64,000 nucleotides of DNA. Origin: Marsupella aquatica (lineage: Eukaryota > Plantae > Marchantiophyta). This document shows, one piece after another, positions 1 through 12,640 of the stretch. The first letter of the stretch is position 1. Each line of letters begins with the position of its first letter. Location of the stretch: positions 9,762,286 through 9,826,285 of the forward strand of contig OZ316898.1 in NCBI GenBank assembly GCA_973895155.1, written 5' to 3'. Both the position numbers and the translations under genes were made by a program. The notes under the pieces were generated by a model, which had not been told where the DNA came from, ran no database searches, and saw nothing but the letters and a program-made list of their open reading frames with translations.

Positions 1-2179
1 CCTCTGTTTCCTTGCTTATGGGCCAAATTTTAAAGTCTTGTTTGCTTATGGGAACCAGTATTCCAAATTGACTCCAAGTAAGCCATCTTACTTGTTAATT
101 GAATGAGAAGATTGATTATTGAAACCTTGTCTCTAGCATGGAATTGGTGTAAAATTTGAAGTGTAGAATTAGAGGGGCCGCCGCATCTAATATGACTCAA
201 GAACGTACGCCCAAACAAAGTGTGCTTCTCTAGAACGATGCCATTGGAGAATGCTTTCTCCTAGATAGGAACGGCATTATCTTTTGTAAAGGGTTTGAAA
301 TTATTACCTTGTACAGTGTATATGCATGAATTTTGTGCCATCTTCAAGTGTCACATTGATATGCTGACAGAGAGGGAAACTAAATCTTCTCTTTTGGGGA
401 CGTGCACATGCAGTTGGAAGCTAGTTCACCCATGCAGAATGTGGGAGAGCTGCTGAGTATGACAGATGCCGTTCTCTGGTTTTTGCTTTAGAAAAGATGA
501 CAGAAGACAAAGGGAGGTTGCTTTCTCTTTCCACATGGAACTGGTCTTTAACAACAACGTGGACATACTAAAAGTTATATTTCGTCTTGCTCTTGTCTGT
601 TCACATGGAACTGGTCTATATACTCAATGCTCGGTGTATGCTTTGATTCTGTAAGTTGCCAGGTCTCAGTCTTCTTGTTTCTTTCAAAGTGAAGCTTCCC
701 TTCCCCTTCCCCCTGAAAAACAAACCCCTTCCATATTATTGAAAGGTGAAAAGCAATCTACCAGTCAAAGACATCACCAAAAGAGAGGGTAACGCCAAGA
801 AAGAAAGCACGAGGGGGGTGTCAATGTTAAGCCCGGGAAAACACTTCATGGGGGTGAGTCTTGCTTGCTGTGAAGCGATGTTGCGGGCTAGGTAACCGGC
901 AGACAGGTCAAGAGGGGATCAAATTGGTTTTGGTACTTTGTGGAGGCTGTGTGGTGTGCTGGTTTGCAGCAGAGTGCTTACATTGACGCAAAGCCTGTGC
1001 GCTCCGAACAACTCTTACATGCTCCAGAAAATTCCCACAGACAACTGTTGCGGGGCAGGGCTAGGATGAATTGAAACCTTTCCGCCCACATCCATCTGAG
1101 CTTACAAAGGGGCCTCCGAAGTGAGATGCCAAGATCATTTTTGACATCCCCTACTAGCCTGTGGAAGAATGTCAGAAACTGTCTTTCACTTATCTCTTAG
1201 CCATTATAGTCATCATTCCCTTAGTTCTTATAGGTATGCATAATGGAAAGTTTGACTATACTTCAGACTGAATTTAAGGAGAGTGTAGAGGTAGTAGTTT
1301 TTCCAGGTGTACCCATTGTTAGTTGTGCTTTACTGGGTTTTCACTAAATTGCACCACATTGTGCATTATTTGCACGTTTACATGTGCTTTAGACTTATGT
1401 ACATGTAATGTCTGTAATGTCAAAGTTTTACACATGACATGGAAGAAATCCTTTTATACAAAGTGGGCATTGAACTTGGCAGAATCGCACGAGTGAGAAA
1501 CATGGGGTCTAAGCAACCAAGATCTGAACTTCTGCCATACATACAATTTTCTCCATTATGTTCTTTTTAGTGAAGGTCACTCTTCCCTGCTAATGTGGAT
1601 GAACTTTTCATCCTTCGACAATATCTGTCTAGGCCATATTGAAGGCTGTGGAATCCAAGCGCTTCATTCTGAAATCCTTGAAACAGTACAATTATTCCCA
1701 TGCACAAAGGTGTGCATGAGAAGTCAAAAACCTTATAAGTTATTCTGCTGTATGGATCCAGCCTTTTGAACTGCATCCTAAGAAACTCAATCCTTCGCTC
1801 ATGTATCCAACCTGCCCAAGAGCATCCCTTCCACATCCCTTGCTCAGTCACCCTCCATGGATTGTATGGCCCTCATCTCAGGGGATCAACTACACCAGAA
1901 ACTACAGTAACTTCTAGGCCCCACATGCAATCCAAAATGAATTTATATTTTATCTTTTAAACCAAAGTTTATAAAGCATAGAAAATAAAATAAAGTGCTT
2001 GACCAATAGAGATTATTCCTAGTTATATGTAAATATACTTATTTAGTAACATTGGTAATCCAACATTCAAAACATGAATATTTATAGAATATTCTTTTTA
2101 TAGACCCCCATAGGAAGTTACTTCCAACATTCTTGGATGCACATGCAACAGCCACATCAGCTGTGGATTTGTTACCAAC

Positions 2180-2524
2180 TGTTAGGATTTACTCTTAGGT
2201 CTAGAGTTATGACTGTACCGTAGTTAAGGCTAACCTTAGTTGCAGACTTGGTTAGGTTAGTCATGCTGTGCACACTCTATAACCAAGCGGTGTTTGCTTG
2301 GAGAGGTGGAACTCAAGCTCATTCTTACGGAGCTAGTTGAGAAATAGAGAGAGCTTGTGCTGTGGATGGTTGGTATGGCCGGTCAGCCTAGAGTGCAGTA
2401 AAGCTCTTGTGTGTTCCCGTGGACATAGCCTCATGTGGAGGTGAACCATGTATCTCTCTGTGTCAACTCTTGTGCGTTGGATGGTTAATGGGCTTGCCGT
2501 TGCGATTGTCGTCGATGCTCAACA
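2180..2524 (+). repeat. 5' LTR of copia element
   Basis: TG...CA termini; about 11 mismatches to the 3' LTR by eye, all transitions. Confidence 0.95.
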
Positions 2525-2526
2525 AT

Positions 2527-2538
2527 TGGTATCAGAGC
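2527..2538 (+). promoter_or_regulatory. Primer-binding site (initiator tRNA-Met)
   Basis: TGGTATCAGAGC directly after the 5' LTR. Confidence 0.92.
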
Positions 2539-3358
2539 ATGCTTGGGAGGTGACGAGGTCTTTTTCGTGACGGTTTTCCAGCGTTCATTGTTGGTGTTAC
2601 ATTCGGAGTTTCATCGCATGAAACTCAAATGTGTGTGGCTGAACGGATAGATTAGTGAGAGGGCTTTCTAACGGTGGTTAGAACTCGTTGATCGGAATCC
2701 ATGGTGCGGAGGAATCGAAGTTTGCGTCAATCTGGAGTTTTTTCGTGTTTGATGGTATTTCGGGGGAGAGACCAGAGATCATTTTTTCAACGGTTTGAGT
2801 TGTGTAGTGCGGGAGGCATTGCATGTTATAGCTCATGTTGGAGGTTAAAGCGAGCTGTTTGTTTTGGTAGCTGAGTTGCTGTCGAGTGGTTACCGAGTGC
2901 GTCGTGACGAGTGAAGGAGACGTTCAGATTTTTTCACAGGCTATGGAGCTTATTCTCATCTGAACCGGGTTACTCGTTGTCACGTCCAACTCGGAGGAAG
3001 AAACGCGAAGTGCTATGGCTCAATGTTTTGATTACGACAAGACAGTCATTTTGAGTCCAGGATTGGCACTTGACGCGGAGTGAGTGTGACACGACGGAAG
3101 TTTTTTCTCTACTGAGCTCGCAGATTGTGCCCGTGCAATTGGGCAACATTTCCCCGTCGGCGGTCATCATTTTTACTCATGGAATTGGCGGCAGCAAGCA
3201 ACGTTGGATGTTGGCAAATTGTGTTTCCTACGGCAACGTAACGCGGCACGGAGAGGTGAGGTGTGGCGGCGACCTAGGGCACAAGGAAAATGACAAAGTT
3301 AGTGAACCGTAACTTTGTCTGGGAATTGCGGCGGGATTTTTGCGGCAACAGGGTTTCA

Positions 3359-3503
3359 AAGGGTGACTCAAGGGAGCTTCGCCCCAAGGGCGACTCGAGG
3401 GAGCTTCGCCCCAAGGGCGACCTGAGAGAGCCTTGCCCCAAGGGTGACCTGAGGGAGCCTCGCCCCAAGGGCAACCCAAGGGAGCCTTGTTTCAAGGGCG
3501 ACC
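3359..3503 (+). repeat. 27-bp tandem repeat (~5.4 copies) in the copia 5' leader
   Basis: Unit AAGGGYGACYYRAGGGAGCYTYGCCCC at 3359, 3386, 3413, 3440, 3467. Confidence 0.9.
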
Positions 3504-3648
3504 AAAATTTGTATAACTTTCCCTTCAAAGTTTGTTTTTAATTTTGGTCTTCAGTGTTGGACTTCTAGCTTTGTGGGCTACGCAATGGTGTTTAGTTTTG
3601 AGTTTTTTGAGAAGTTGTGAAAAACGACCTTTTTCGTGATTTTCTCAT

Positions 3649-4293
3649 ATGAGTGATTCGGAAGAGATTTTTGAAGACATGGAACTTGAAGCACGAGGAT
3701 CACCGCGGCGGTTTGAAGTAGAGAGAGAGGAGCAGGAGGAAGAGCACGTGACACCAGTACCATCACCGGTGCGGCGTGTGGTGGAGGAAGCAGTTCTACT
3801 GCCGGAGCTCACGGTAGTGCCAAAGAAGAAGATGGGTATGTTCAAGCTTGGGGGACCCAAGTATGAAGTGACAAAGTATAATGGACGCTCTGACTACTTG
3901 CTTTGGGAGAAGTAGGTGAAGAGAGTGCTCTATGCTTCAGGGATGGGCCAACTGCTAAGCCCTCGTGAAGACGATGTTGATGAGAAACAATGGGACCGCA
4001 TGCAAAAGCAGGGAGTGTGGTGTGTTACACTCTATCTCATGCCTCCCATCATCAAGCAGTTGGGTGCACATAAGGACTGCATGTCCTTGTTTGCGGAATT
4101 GCAGAGCAAGTATCACCGTAAGGAGTTGTCGAATCGGCTCTATACTTCCTACAAACTGATGAGTTTCAGGATGAAGGAATCCGGTACAAAGTTGCAGGAC
4201 CATGTGGATGCTTTCAACAACATGGTCGTTGACTTGGAAAACCTTGGGAAGACTTTGAATGATGAGATAAAGGCTCTACAACTTCTCAGTTCA
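3649..4293 (+). pseudogene. Copia gag (UBN2-type), truncated, with an in-frame TAG at 3913-3915
   Basis: KYNGRSDYLLW...SNRLY..KLMSFRMKE..LQDHVDAFN..VVDLEN..KALQLLSS, typical copia gag. Confidence 0.85.
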
Positions 4294-5798
4294 TCAAGGA
4301 CAACAAAACTTGGGAGCTTGTCAAGCTACCTGAGGGACAACAAGTGATGGACAGCAAGTGGATATACAAGCTAAAGGATCAGTCCATAGGAGGTGGATCA
4401 AAGGTCTACAAGGCTAGGTTGGTAGCCAAAGGATTCACACAGGAAAAAGGTGTGGATTATAATGAGGTCTTCTCACCAGTTGCTAAGTACTCAACAATAC
4501 GGTTATTGTGTGTGCTTGTTGTAATGTTTGGTCTGCTGCTAGATCAGATGGATGTTGTCACAGCCTTCCTCTATGGCACCTTGAAAGAGGTGATCTTCAT
4601 GAGACAGCTGCTAGGTTTTGTGAAGAGAGGGCAAGAGAATTTGGTTTGCAGATTGCTGAGATCCTTGTACGGGTTGAAGCAGTCACCAAGACAGTGGAAT
4701 AAGCTGTTTGATGATTGGATTCATGCACAAGGCTTTCACAGGAGTGTGTTTGACCCATGTGTGTATCTTAAACCGGTGAAGAATGTTGTCTTTGGGTTAA
4801 TTGTTTTAGTACTTTATGTGGATGACATGCTTATTGCGGCCAAGGACAGGTCTGAGATTGTTAAGCTCAAGGCACTGCTAAGTGCAGGGTTTAAGATGAA
4901 AGACTTAGGGTCAGCTAAGAGGATTTTGGGTATGGAGATCACTAGGGACTTGGAGGCTGGCAAGCTATGGTTGACGCAGAGCAGTTATGCGAGGAAGGTA
5001 ATTGCAAGGTTCAACATGGGGGATAGCAAGCCAGTAAGTACCCCGTTGGCTCCACACTTCAAGTTGTCATCAGCATTTTGTCCTACGGATGAGACAGAGA
5101 AGGGGCTGATGTCAAAGGTTCCTTATGACAAGGCAGTGGGGAGTCTCATGTATTTTATGACCTGCACTAGACCCGATCTTGCCATGGCTATGGGCAAGGT
5201 GAGCAGGTACATGTCGAATCCAGGGAAGGTACATTGGGAAGCAATGAAGTGGATTATTCGGTACTTGAAGGGTACCATGGATCATGGTCTATTGTTTGAT
5301 GCACATGTTGATAATGTTAGATCATTGATGGGCTATGTAAATGCTGACTATGCACAGGATCTGGATCGGAGGAGGTCAACAACAGGTTGTGTGTTCACAC
5401 TAGGAGGTGGATGCATAAGTTGGAGGTCTACTCTGCAGAAGTGTATTGCTCAGTCTACTACAGAAGCGGAGTATATTGCAGCAGCGGAAGCAACAAAGGA
5501 AGCGATTTGGTTGGATAGACTGATCACTTAGATGGGATTGCCACAGGGGAATGTGAAGCTCCATTGTGATAGTCAGAGTGCGCTCCATCTTGCTGTGAAC
5601 CAGGTAATGGACAGCAGAGTGAAGCACATCGATGTTAGGTACCATTTTCTTCGGCAAGCTGTGTCTGATAATCAGTTTGAGCTAGTCAAGATTGACGGTA
5701 AACTCAACCCGGCTGACGCTTTTATCAAAGTGATTCCTTTGGAGAGTTTTTCTAGACATCGTGATGTGTTGCAGGTTTTGCAATTGCCTCACAAGTAG
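4294..5798 (+). pseudogene. Copia reverse transcriptase / RNase H with an in-frame TAG at 5529-5531
   Basis: YKARLVAKGF, QMDVVTAFL, SLYGLKQSPRQW, LYVDDML, STTEAEY, KHIDVRYHF motifs. Confidence 0.93.
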
Positions 5799-5989
5799 GG
5801 TTACTTAACATTTGTGTAGATACTAAGATATGCTCTTGCTCATTCCTTGTATAGGCTATGGCTTAGTTCTGGTCTACTCTCGTATAAAGAGGGAAAAACC
5901 GGTTTGGTTTTTCTTTCCAGAACTTCCCGCTGAGCAATCATATAGGTTGTAGTCTTTACCCTCCCCTAGACTAGAGTCAAGGGGGAGAT

Positions 5990-6334
5990 TGTTAGGATTT
6001 ACTCTTAGGTCTAGAGTTACGACTATACCGTAGTTAAGGCTAACCTTAGTTGCAGACTTGGTTAGGTTAGTCATGTTGTGCACACTCTATAACCAAGCGG
6101 TGTTTGCTTGGAGAGGTGGAACTCAGGCTCATTCTTACGGAGCTAGTTGAGAAATAGAGAGAGCTTGTGCTGTGGATGGTTGGTATGGCCGGTCGGCCTA
6201 GAGTGCAATAAAGCTCTTGTGTGTTCCCGTGGACGTAGCCTCATGTGGAGGTGAACCACGTATCTCTTTGTGTCGACTCTTGTGCGTTGGATGGTTAATG
6301 GGCTTGCCGTTGCGATTGTCGTCGATACTCAACA
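5990..6334 (+). repeat. 3' LTR of copia element
   Basis: Preceded by PPT AAGGGGGAGA (5979-5988); direct repeat of 2180-2524. Confidence 0.95.
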
Positions 6335-7127
6335 CCAACAAGAAAAGTTAATTATGCAAGAATAACCAAATTGATTATTTGTGTTTGAGGCAAAGCAACT
6401 AAAAACAGGTAGACCTTGTAATTGTAAAAACAATGGAAAACTGAAAAGCTAATAAGCATTTCAAAAAAACAAAAAAAACAGTAAACTACGGGTGAAAACA
6501 AATAATCTTTGGGTGAGTTGTGATTGATATATCAGTGTTTTTTGGTAATTTCTTTCAATTTTCTATTTAATTTGAACCTTTTTGAAATAATGATAAATAG
6601 CAAAAACTCTTCAACCACTCTAACTTTCACCAAGGTAACATAAGAAACCCAAGAAACTCTTCAACTACTCTAACATTTACCAACGTAACATAAGAAACCC
6701 AAGAAACTTTTCAAATTCTCTAACATAACCAAGGTAACTTAAGAAACCCCTTGCTACTATGGATAGAGGAGTAACAAGCAAAGGTAAGAAACAGGATAAC
6801 TACCATGGGTGGAGGAATACCAAGGGACTCTAAGAACTTTCAACTACTATGGATAATATAATATTTTGCATGAACTATATGAAATGTTAGATATATTTAT
6901 AGACATAGAGGTACTAAGAAAAATGTTTTGCATGGAGAATTACACTTGATATTACCATGAATGTACTCCTATTTGTCTTCAATGAAATTGTCTTAACTAC
7001 CTTTAAAATTCACTTCATGTAAAATATTCCATTTAATCTTTGTCCTCTCATCTGTTGTTCCGGTGTGCAACTCTACATGACTCCAAATAGTTCAATAAAA
7101 CAAGCTTACATAACCGAGGGATACTCA
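6335..7127 (+). repeat. Dispersed ~790-bp non-coding repeat, copy 1 (its first ~75 bp lie at 2103-2179, split off by the copia insertion)
   Basis: Reverse-complement similarity to 17673-18461 and ~32070-33070; internal ~49-bp subrepeats (6603-6760). Confidence 0.8.
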
Positions 7128-10100
7128 GAGTGATTAGATATAGTGTATTTTGATGAGGTCAGTATCTCACATGATATTCTAAGAATATATTAAATGCACC
7201 CAGGTCCCCAATTTTGCTCACTCAAACTCCTACTTCCCCTCAAACTTCCTGTATGATGTCAATCAAATGACTAAAAACCCTCTAAAAACCCTCCCTGATC
7301 CTCCACCACATTTCTCTCCCTCTCCCTCCTCAGATAGAGCAAGTTGGCTCCACCCCCAAACCTTTATCACGACTGGGTATGTTTCACTCTACTGTACAAA
7401 TGGCCCTGATCGCTTTAATTGATTTTCTGAATTGACCTTAAATGCTGAATAAAGTGCACTTATTCCTGGCTTGAAATACCTGAGATCGTTTTTCTTCTCA
7501 CTACTGCCCTCACAAAGTTTGTCAAACTACCTGATGGGAAATTGATGTTGGGACCACAGCGTTTGACCATGCAACTTGGATGGACTAGCAGTGTGGACCC
7601 ATAAGTATGACCGAGTTTACCAAGGAAGATGCTACGTGCATTCAAACAATCACTCCAGTTGTTACGTACCTTAATGTCCTAGTTAGGGGCATTATTTTCA
7701 AAACTTGGGCTACCGCCTTAGTTTTTTTCCAGGGCATTATATCTCATAATGCCCTCTAACCAGAAAATTATCCTATTCAAAGCATGTTTAAAAATGGTCC
7801 ATCCAAATTATTTCTCACACCTTGTGGTCCACGAAATACTGAAGATATTTACAACCCTTTCTGTACTTATAGATATTTTCAGATCAGATTACCTAGTTTT
7901 ACAACCCTTTCTGGCCGTATAGGTATTTTCAGATCACATTACCTAGTATAGTCGTCAAAAACTATAATAAGAGGTCCAGTCACTTTTTAGATTGATCTTC
8001 TTACAAATTCTTTAGTATTTTCTGTGCCAAAGGAATCCAAGAAAATGAAAAAAAACGGCAAAAAGTGGATTGGAAGAAAACTTTTCGAACCTTCCACGTA
8101 ATACTCCTAAGTGTACTTGCATGTACAGTCTTTTTCCCTTGATCTTCTCAAGGTACTTGCAAGTACAACCACTTTTGAAGAGATAAGCCTGGAAAAGGTA
8201 ATTTGTCAGAAAATTTGTATTATTGGAGTTTTCAACCTAGCTACAAACCCCAATATAGCATGTTCATTTTGGAACATGTTTTTGTCTTGTAGTGATATGT
8301 AATTCAGTTAAGTAGGTACATGTAAAATATATGCACATAAAATTACATTATGACAAAAAAAGTACAAAAATACTAAAGAGTTGAGTTGTGCACATACAAC
8401 ACAGATTTTCACTTGCTTCTAAGTAATGACATTCAATTCCATTAAAACCATAAATTTTGCAAAATAAACCATGAGAGTAACTTAGTACACCAGATGTACA
8501 CATTGTTCAAATTCATTTCTTACACTCTTATGAGAAAAAAGAGAATTCACTAGGGAGTGATTGAAAAGGAAAAATTAAACCTTGATGAGGGGAGCCAAAT
8601 ACATTCAAAATACTCTAAGTTCTCTATAATTAAGAGGGGTCCTAAAATTAATTCAAAATTAAATTAATACAAATAATTTACCTTGTTAAGGCACATTAAA
8701 ATCAAAATACTTGACACAAAATTTGAATGAAACAAAATATGAAAAGTGGATTCACCATATAGCAGCCTCAAATGGAACTGTCATCCTTAGATCTGGGGAG
8801 ATCTAAAGATCAGAAATTACTCTATTAAAGCTAGATTAGGAATATTCTTAGTCTCTTCTGCTTCACCCAAGGTGATATTCCTACTCCGGCTAAAAAGAAA
8901 AAGCTAAAAATTACGCTACACAATACCCTAAGAGTACTAAACGACAAACTAACTGTTGTGTCGTACAAGATAGGAAAGCCATTAACAATTATGGGGTGAA
9001 AACCAAAACAGCTGAAACGAGTCAACAAGAAAACGCGTAAACCTCATCATTAGACTATCCAATCAAACTTGCACAGAAGCCAGATCAACCCTCAACTCGT
9101 GGTCTCGTTGGGTGAACCCAGCAGTCCATAAAGCATCTGGGATTCTGTCATTCTGGGCTCCTCTGCCAACATTTTACACGGGCCCACAATGAATGGAATC
9201 CAATGGGAGATTTGATACTTTGCAAGTTGGAAAGTCCGTTACATTATATAACACCATATGTAGATATCACACAGCCAAAAAGACAGAAACGCCAAACAGG
9301 AGAGTATCCCAAGCTAAAACTCAATAAAATATATATATATAAAGGGAGGAAAGAGAGAAAATGGGGAGAGGACCAAACAAGCCCAAGAAGGCAAAGAGTC
9401 CCCACAGCAACCAAAAGTACACTATTAGGACTCAAAGCTTCAAATTCAAGGATGATGGCTTGGTCATAAGCAAATGGCTACAACTTTGTCATAGGGTTAT
9501 GTGAATTTTTTTTCAGCCAACCTCTAGAGCTACTTATGGTCATGATATAGGACAAGTCTTTATGGCAAAGCTATGGACTGTGTCAATTCCATTAATATTT
9601 GATTTTGGGACTCCGTATGGCTAGCTACTGTAGTTGGCTAGCTGCGCCTTCCGGAAATAACAGGCTGCTGTGGCTTTCAATCAACCTAAAGGGAAAACCC
9701 CTGTTTGGGTGAGTCTACAGTCGACTGAACTGCATCTTAGGAACATGACCAGATCCTGCACTATGCCCAAGAAGAATAGCCAGCTACAAAGAACCATTCA
9801 AGCTATAAATAATATCCTCCAACACAACGGGACTGGGCGGGACCTACAGAGGACAATGCTAATGAAATACAATGCTGATGAAATCTATGATGAATGAGGT
9901 GAAGATGAACTGGCTCCCTTGTGAGGATGGCCAGAGGATGCACTTCTGTGTTAGAGTTCAAATTGGGTGCAGGAGACATAGGATTCCTCTGGTTAGGAGA
10001 CCTATGGATAGATATAGGGTTGAATAGAGTCAAATTTGATCTGGCTAAGAGACAGGGAATTGAGAGGGAAATCTGGTATGATTATCCCCCAGCACTGGCT

Positions 10101-10129
10101 TTGGGACACTGAGTGTTTTTGGTGGTGGA

Positions 10130-10245
10130 TGGAGTGTTTTTTTGCCTTGAAAACCTAAAGCAGGCCCATCCAACAGAGGATAGACGTCCTGCTCTGGAGC
10201 ATGCATTTTTATGTAGGGTAGCCACAAGGAGAAAATACCTAGGGA
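10130..10245 (+). repeat. Dispersed repeat fragment, inverted homolog of ~52040-52155
   Basis: TGCCTTGAAAACC..AAAGCAGGCCCATCCAA...ATGTAGGGTAGCCACAAGG matches the reverse complement of 52040-52155. Confidence 0.65.
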
Positions 10246-12640
10246 TCAGACAAGAACCCAGACCAAGAGGAAAAGAGGATTAAACCAGAATCCCAAAGCA
10301 AGCAACCAGAGCTTGAGAGGATAATTAATACTCCCACCACTACACCCCACACACACACACACGTGGAAACTCTCGGTTCTAGGTTCATCCTCTGGCCAAC
10401 TGACCAAAGCCAGTCGGTGGCGGATGGATGTTGGTTGGAGGGGAGGGCCTAGGGGCACCCTCCTCTCCTTGTCTGCGGGCTATCTTTTTCACCAGGTGGC
10501 TGTTACCCCCCAATGTAATTGATGGGGCTGGCCCCTCCCTTTATTGAAAAAAAAAGCCAGCTCAATAGCCAAAGGAGGAGTCCCAAAATTGGGTTTTACT
10601 AACCAGGTTTTGGTTAGCTAGGGACTAAGTTTGCTAGCAAGTGGGGTTTTCGGCTCATAACAGTAAAATGTTTTACAGGTTGCTTGCATGCTACAATTTC
10701 CCCGAGCAAAACACAAGAGACTCATAACTTAGGAGCAGATCACGATTGGTGGTCACTCCTTGTCTGGTCCGCTCAGAAGAAACATGTGGGCAGTAGACTA
10801 GGCCTCTTGGAAGGGAGCAGATCGAGACCCCTGAACTGGGTAAGGGCAAATATTGTGCTGAGTTTAGAGCCAACTCGCATGGGAGCAGCCCTAATTTTCC
10901 GAGCCCTCAATTTTGCAGATGGCACAAAAGTACTCACAGAGAATATGGTGGAGAATTCTCCTTGTCCAGCAGACAAGGCTTATGGCATACATAGTGCAGA
11001 GCCAAGGGCAAAGGCCAGAAATTTTCCTGCCCATAATGTCCAGTCCTCTAAAAAGAAAGTAAAACAAACAAGCACGTATTTTCAACTATGCTCTGAATAT
11101 CTCTCATTCAACTGTAGTGGATATTGCTTGCGAATGCTGACCTACTTTTTGCTGTTCCCTTTGGGTCCTTTTGGGTACTTTTTGCTGTTCCTTTTGCCTG
11201 CAAACTATGGCTGCTAAACGGGAGTTGGGGACCTTAGTTTGCCTACTTGAATAGGATGACACGAGCAGGTCAAGATTTGGACTCTATCTATGAAACTACC
11301 AACAGAAAGGAATCGGACCTCACAAGCAGTACTTGCTGACACCCCGTGATCTCAGGACTGGGTCTGCACATATGGCGTACGCGGTAATGGTCATCATTCT
11401 GCATCACAGTACAATTTATGGCGTAGCTGCAAAGAGACTGGCGGGAGGGCAGCACTCTTGTCGTGAATCAATCTCCACTTCTCCAGAGTCTTGACTGCAT
11501 CGAATGGACATGAATGGACTGGTTGTCACTCACTGAAATACCGAGAAGTCCACGTATACCTTATCCAGAAATGCATCCTTCCCTCGTGTTGTTATTTCCG
11601 ACCCTAGTGTTTTTTTTGCCTCTAATTCCGACTCTAGTTTTTGGACTATGCCCAATGGAATAATTGCCTCCATATTAACGTCTGTAATCTAAGTAGTGGG
11701 AGCACATGGAAAGCTTCAATGTGTTTACAATTCCCAAATGAAATGAAGTTCTTCAAGAATTTCTCCTTTTTTCTCTTTCTAGATTTTCCGGGTTTCATTT
11801 GCCTCTTAGTGTTTGGTGCTTGTTTGTCCACTTTGGACTTCTTTGGCTTTCTCTTCATTGTACTTTGGCCCTTTTTGTAGATTATGGTTTATCTTTGGCT
11901 TCTTCAAGATTGAGAGAGCAGTTAGGCAGAGTAAGGCTGAGGCTTCGTAGTAACCATTCGATTGAAACTAGCCGATTACACTCTCGCGCGACAACGATGT
12001 TGTCCTCACCGGTGGCAGTGTTGACTGGTCGGCTTTCTCAATGAGCCCAACGCGGCAGCAATTCAGCTTTGAGGCCTACGTCTTTAATCTAAAATAAATC
12101 TGAGCAAGAGTTCATGACGAGAAACTCGAGACAATTCAAATTTCAAATTAAAAAGTAGATGATCTGAAATTCCGGACTACAGTAAAGTAGCTTTGGCCCA
12201 TGAAATTCCCGCTTCATGCTCGTACCACAGGTACGATAAATACAAATTTAATGACTCGGTACGTTTTACATATTGTACATACTTCAACGGGCCTATCTCC
12301 AGCGTAAGCGGTAGATTTGCCCTGAAAGATTTTACATGTAGTAAACACTGGCTTTCAAAGAAGATAACATTCTCTCTTCTTCGTCCCTAACTTCTGATCT
12401 AGTTCCTGATGGTGGGTGCAGGGGCCAAAATTTAAGTTCGCACTTTTGAGGCATGAATGTGATGCCGGATGTGAAACTGGTGCGAGCAATATTCATACAT
12501 ATACACCCAGTTATTCATTTCAGTACAGCTCCACCAATAGGTGTGAAAGGAACAACAAAGCTATCTCTATCTTTCGAGCTTCCGAGCTATCTAAATCTGA
12601 CGCAGTTGGTGATGGCACACCCTCCTCAAGCGTAGGGGAC

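Larger units (their letters stand above)
2180..6334 (+). mobile_element. Ty1/copia LTR retrotransposon, internally deleted (non-autonomous)
   Basis: 345-bp LTRs TGTTAGG...CTCAACA at 2180-2524 and 5990-6334; 5-bp TSD CCAAC (2175-2179 / 6335-6339); tRNA-Met PBS and PPT; gag and copia RT/RNase H ORFs. Confidence 0.96.

Noticed and set aside
1-2100. Short ORFs at the window start, and similar ones at 8800-11900 and 50300-52100
   Set aside because: No recognisable motifs or exon chains; probably decayed LINE-like or intergenic sequence that I cannot assign.
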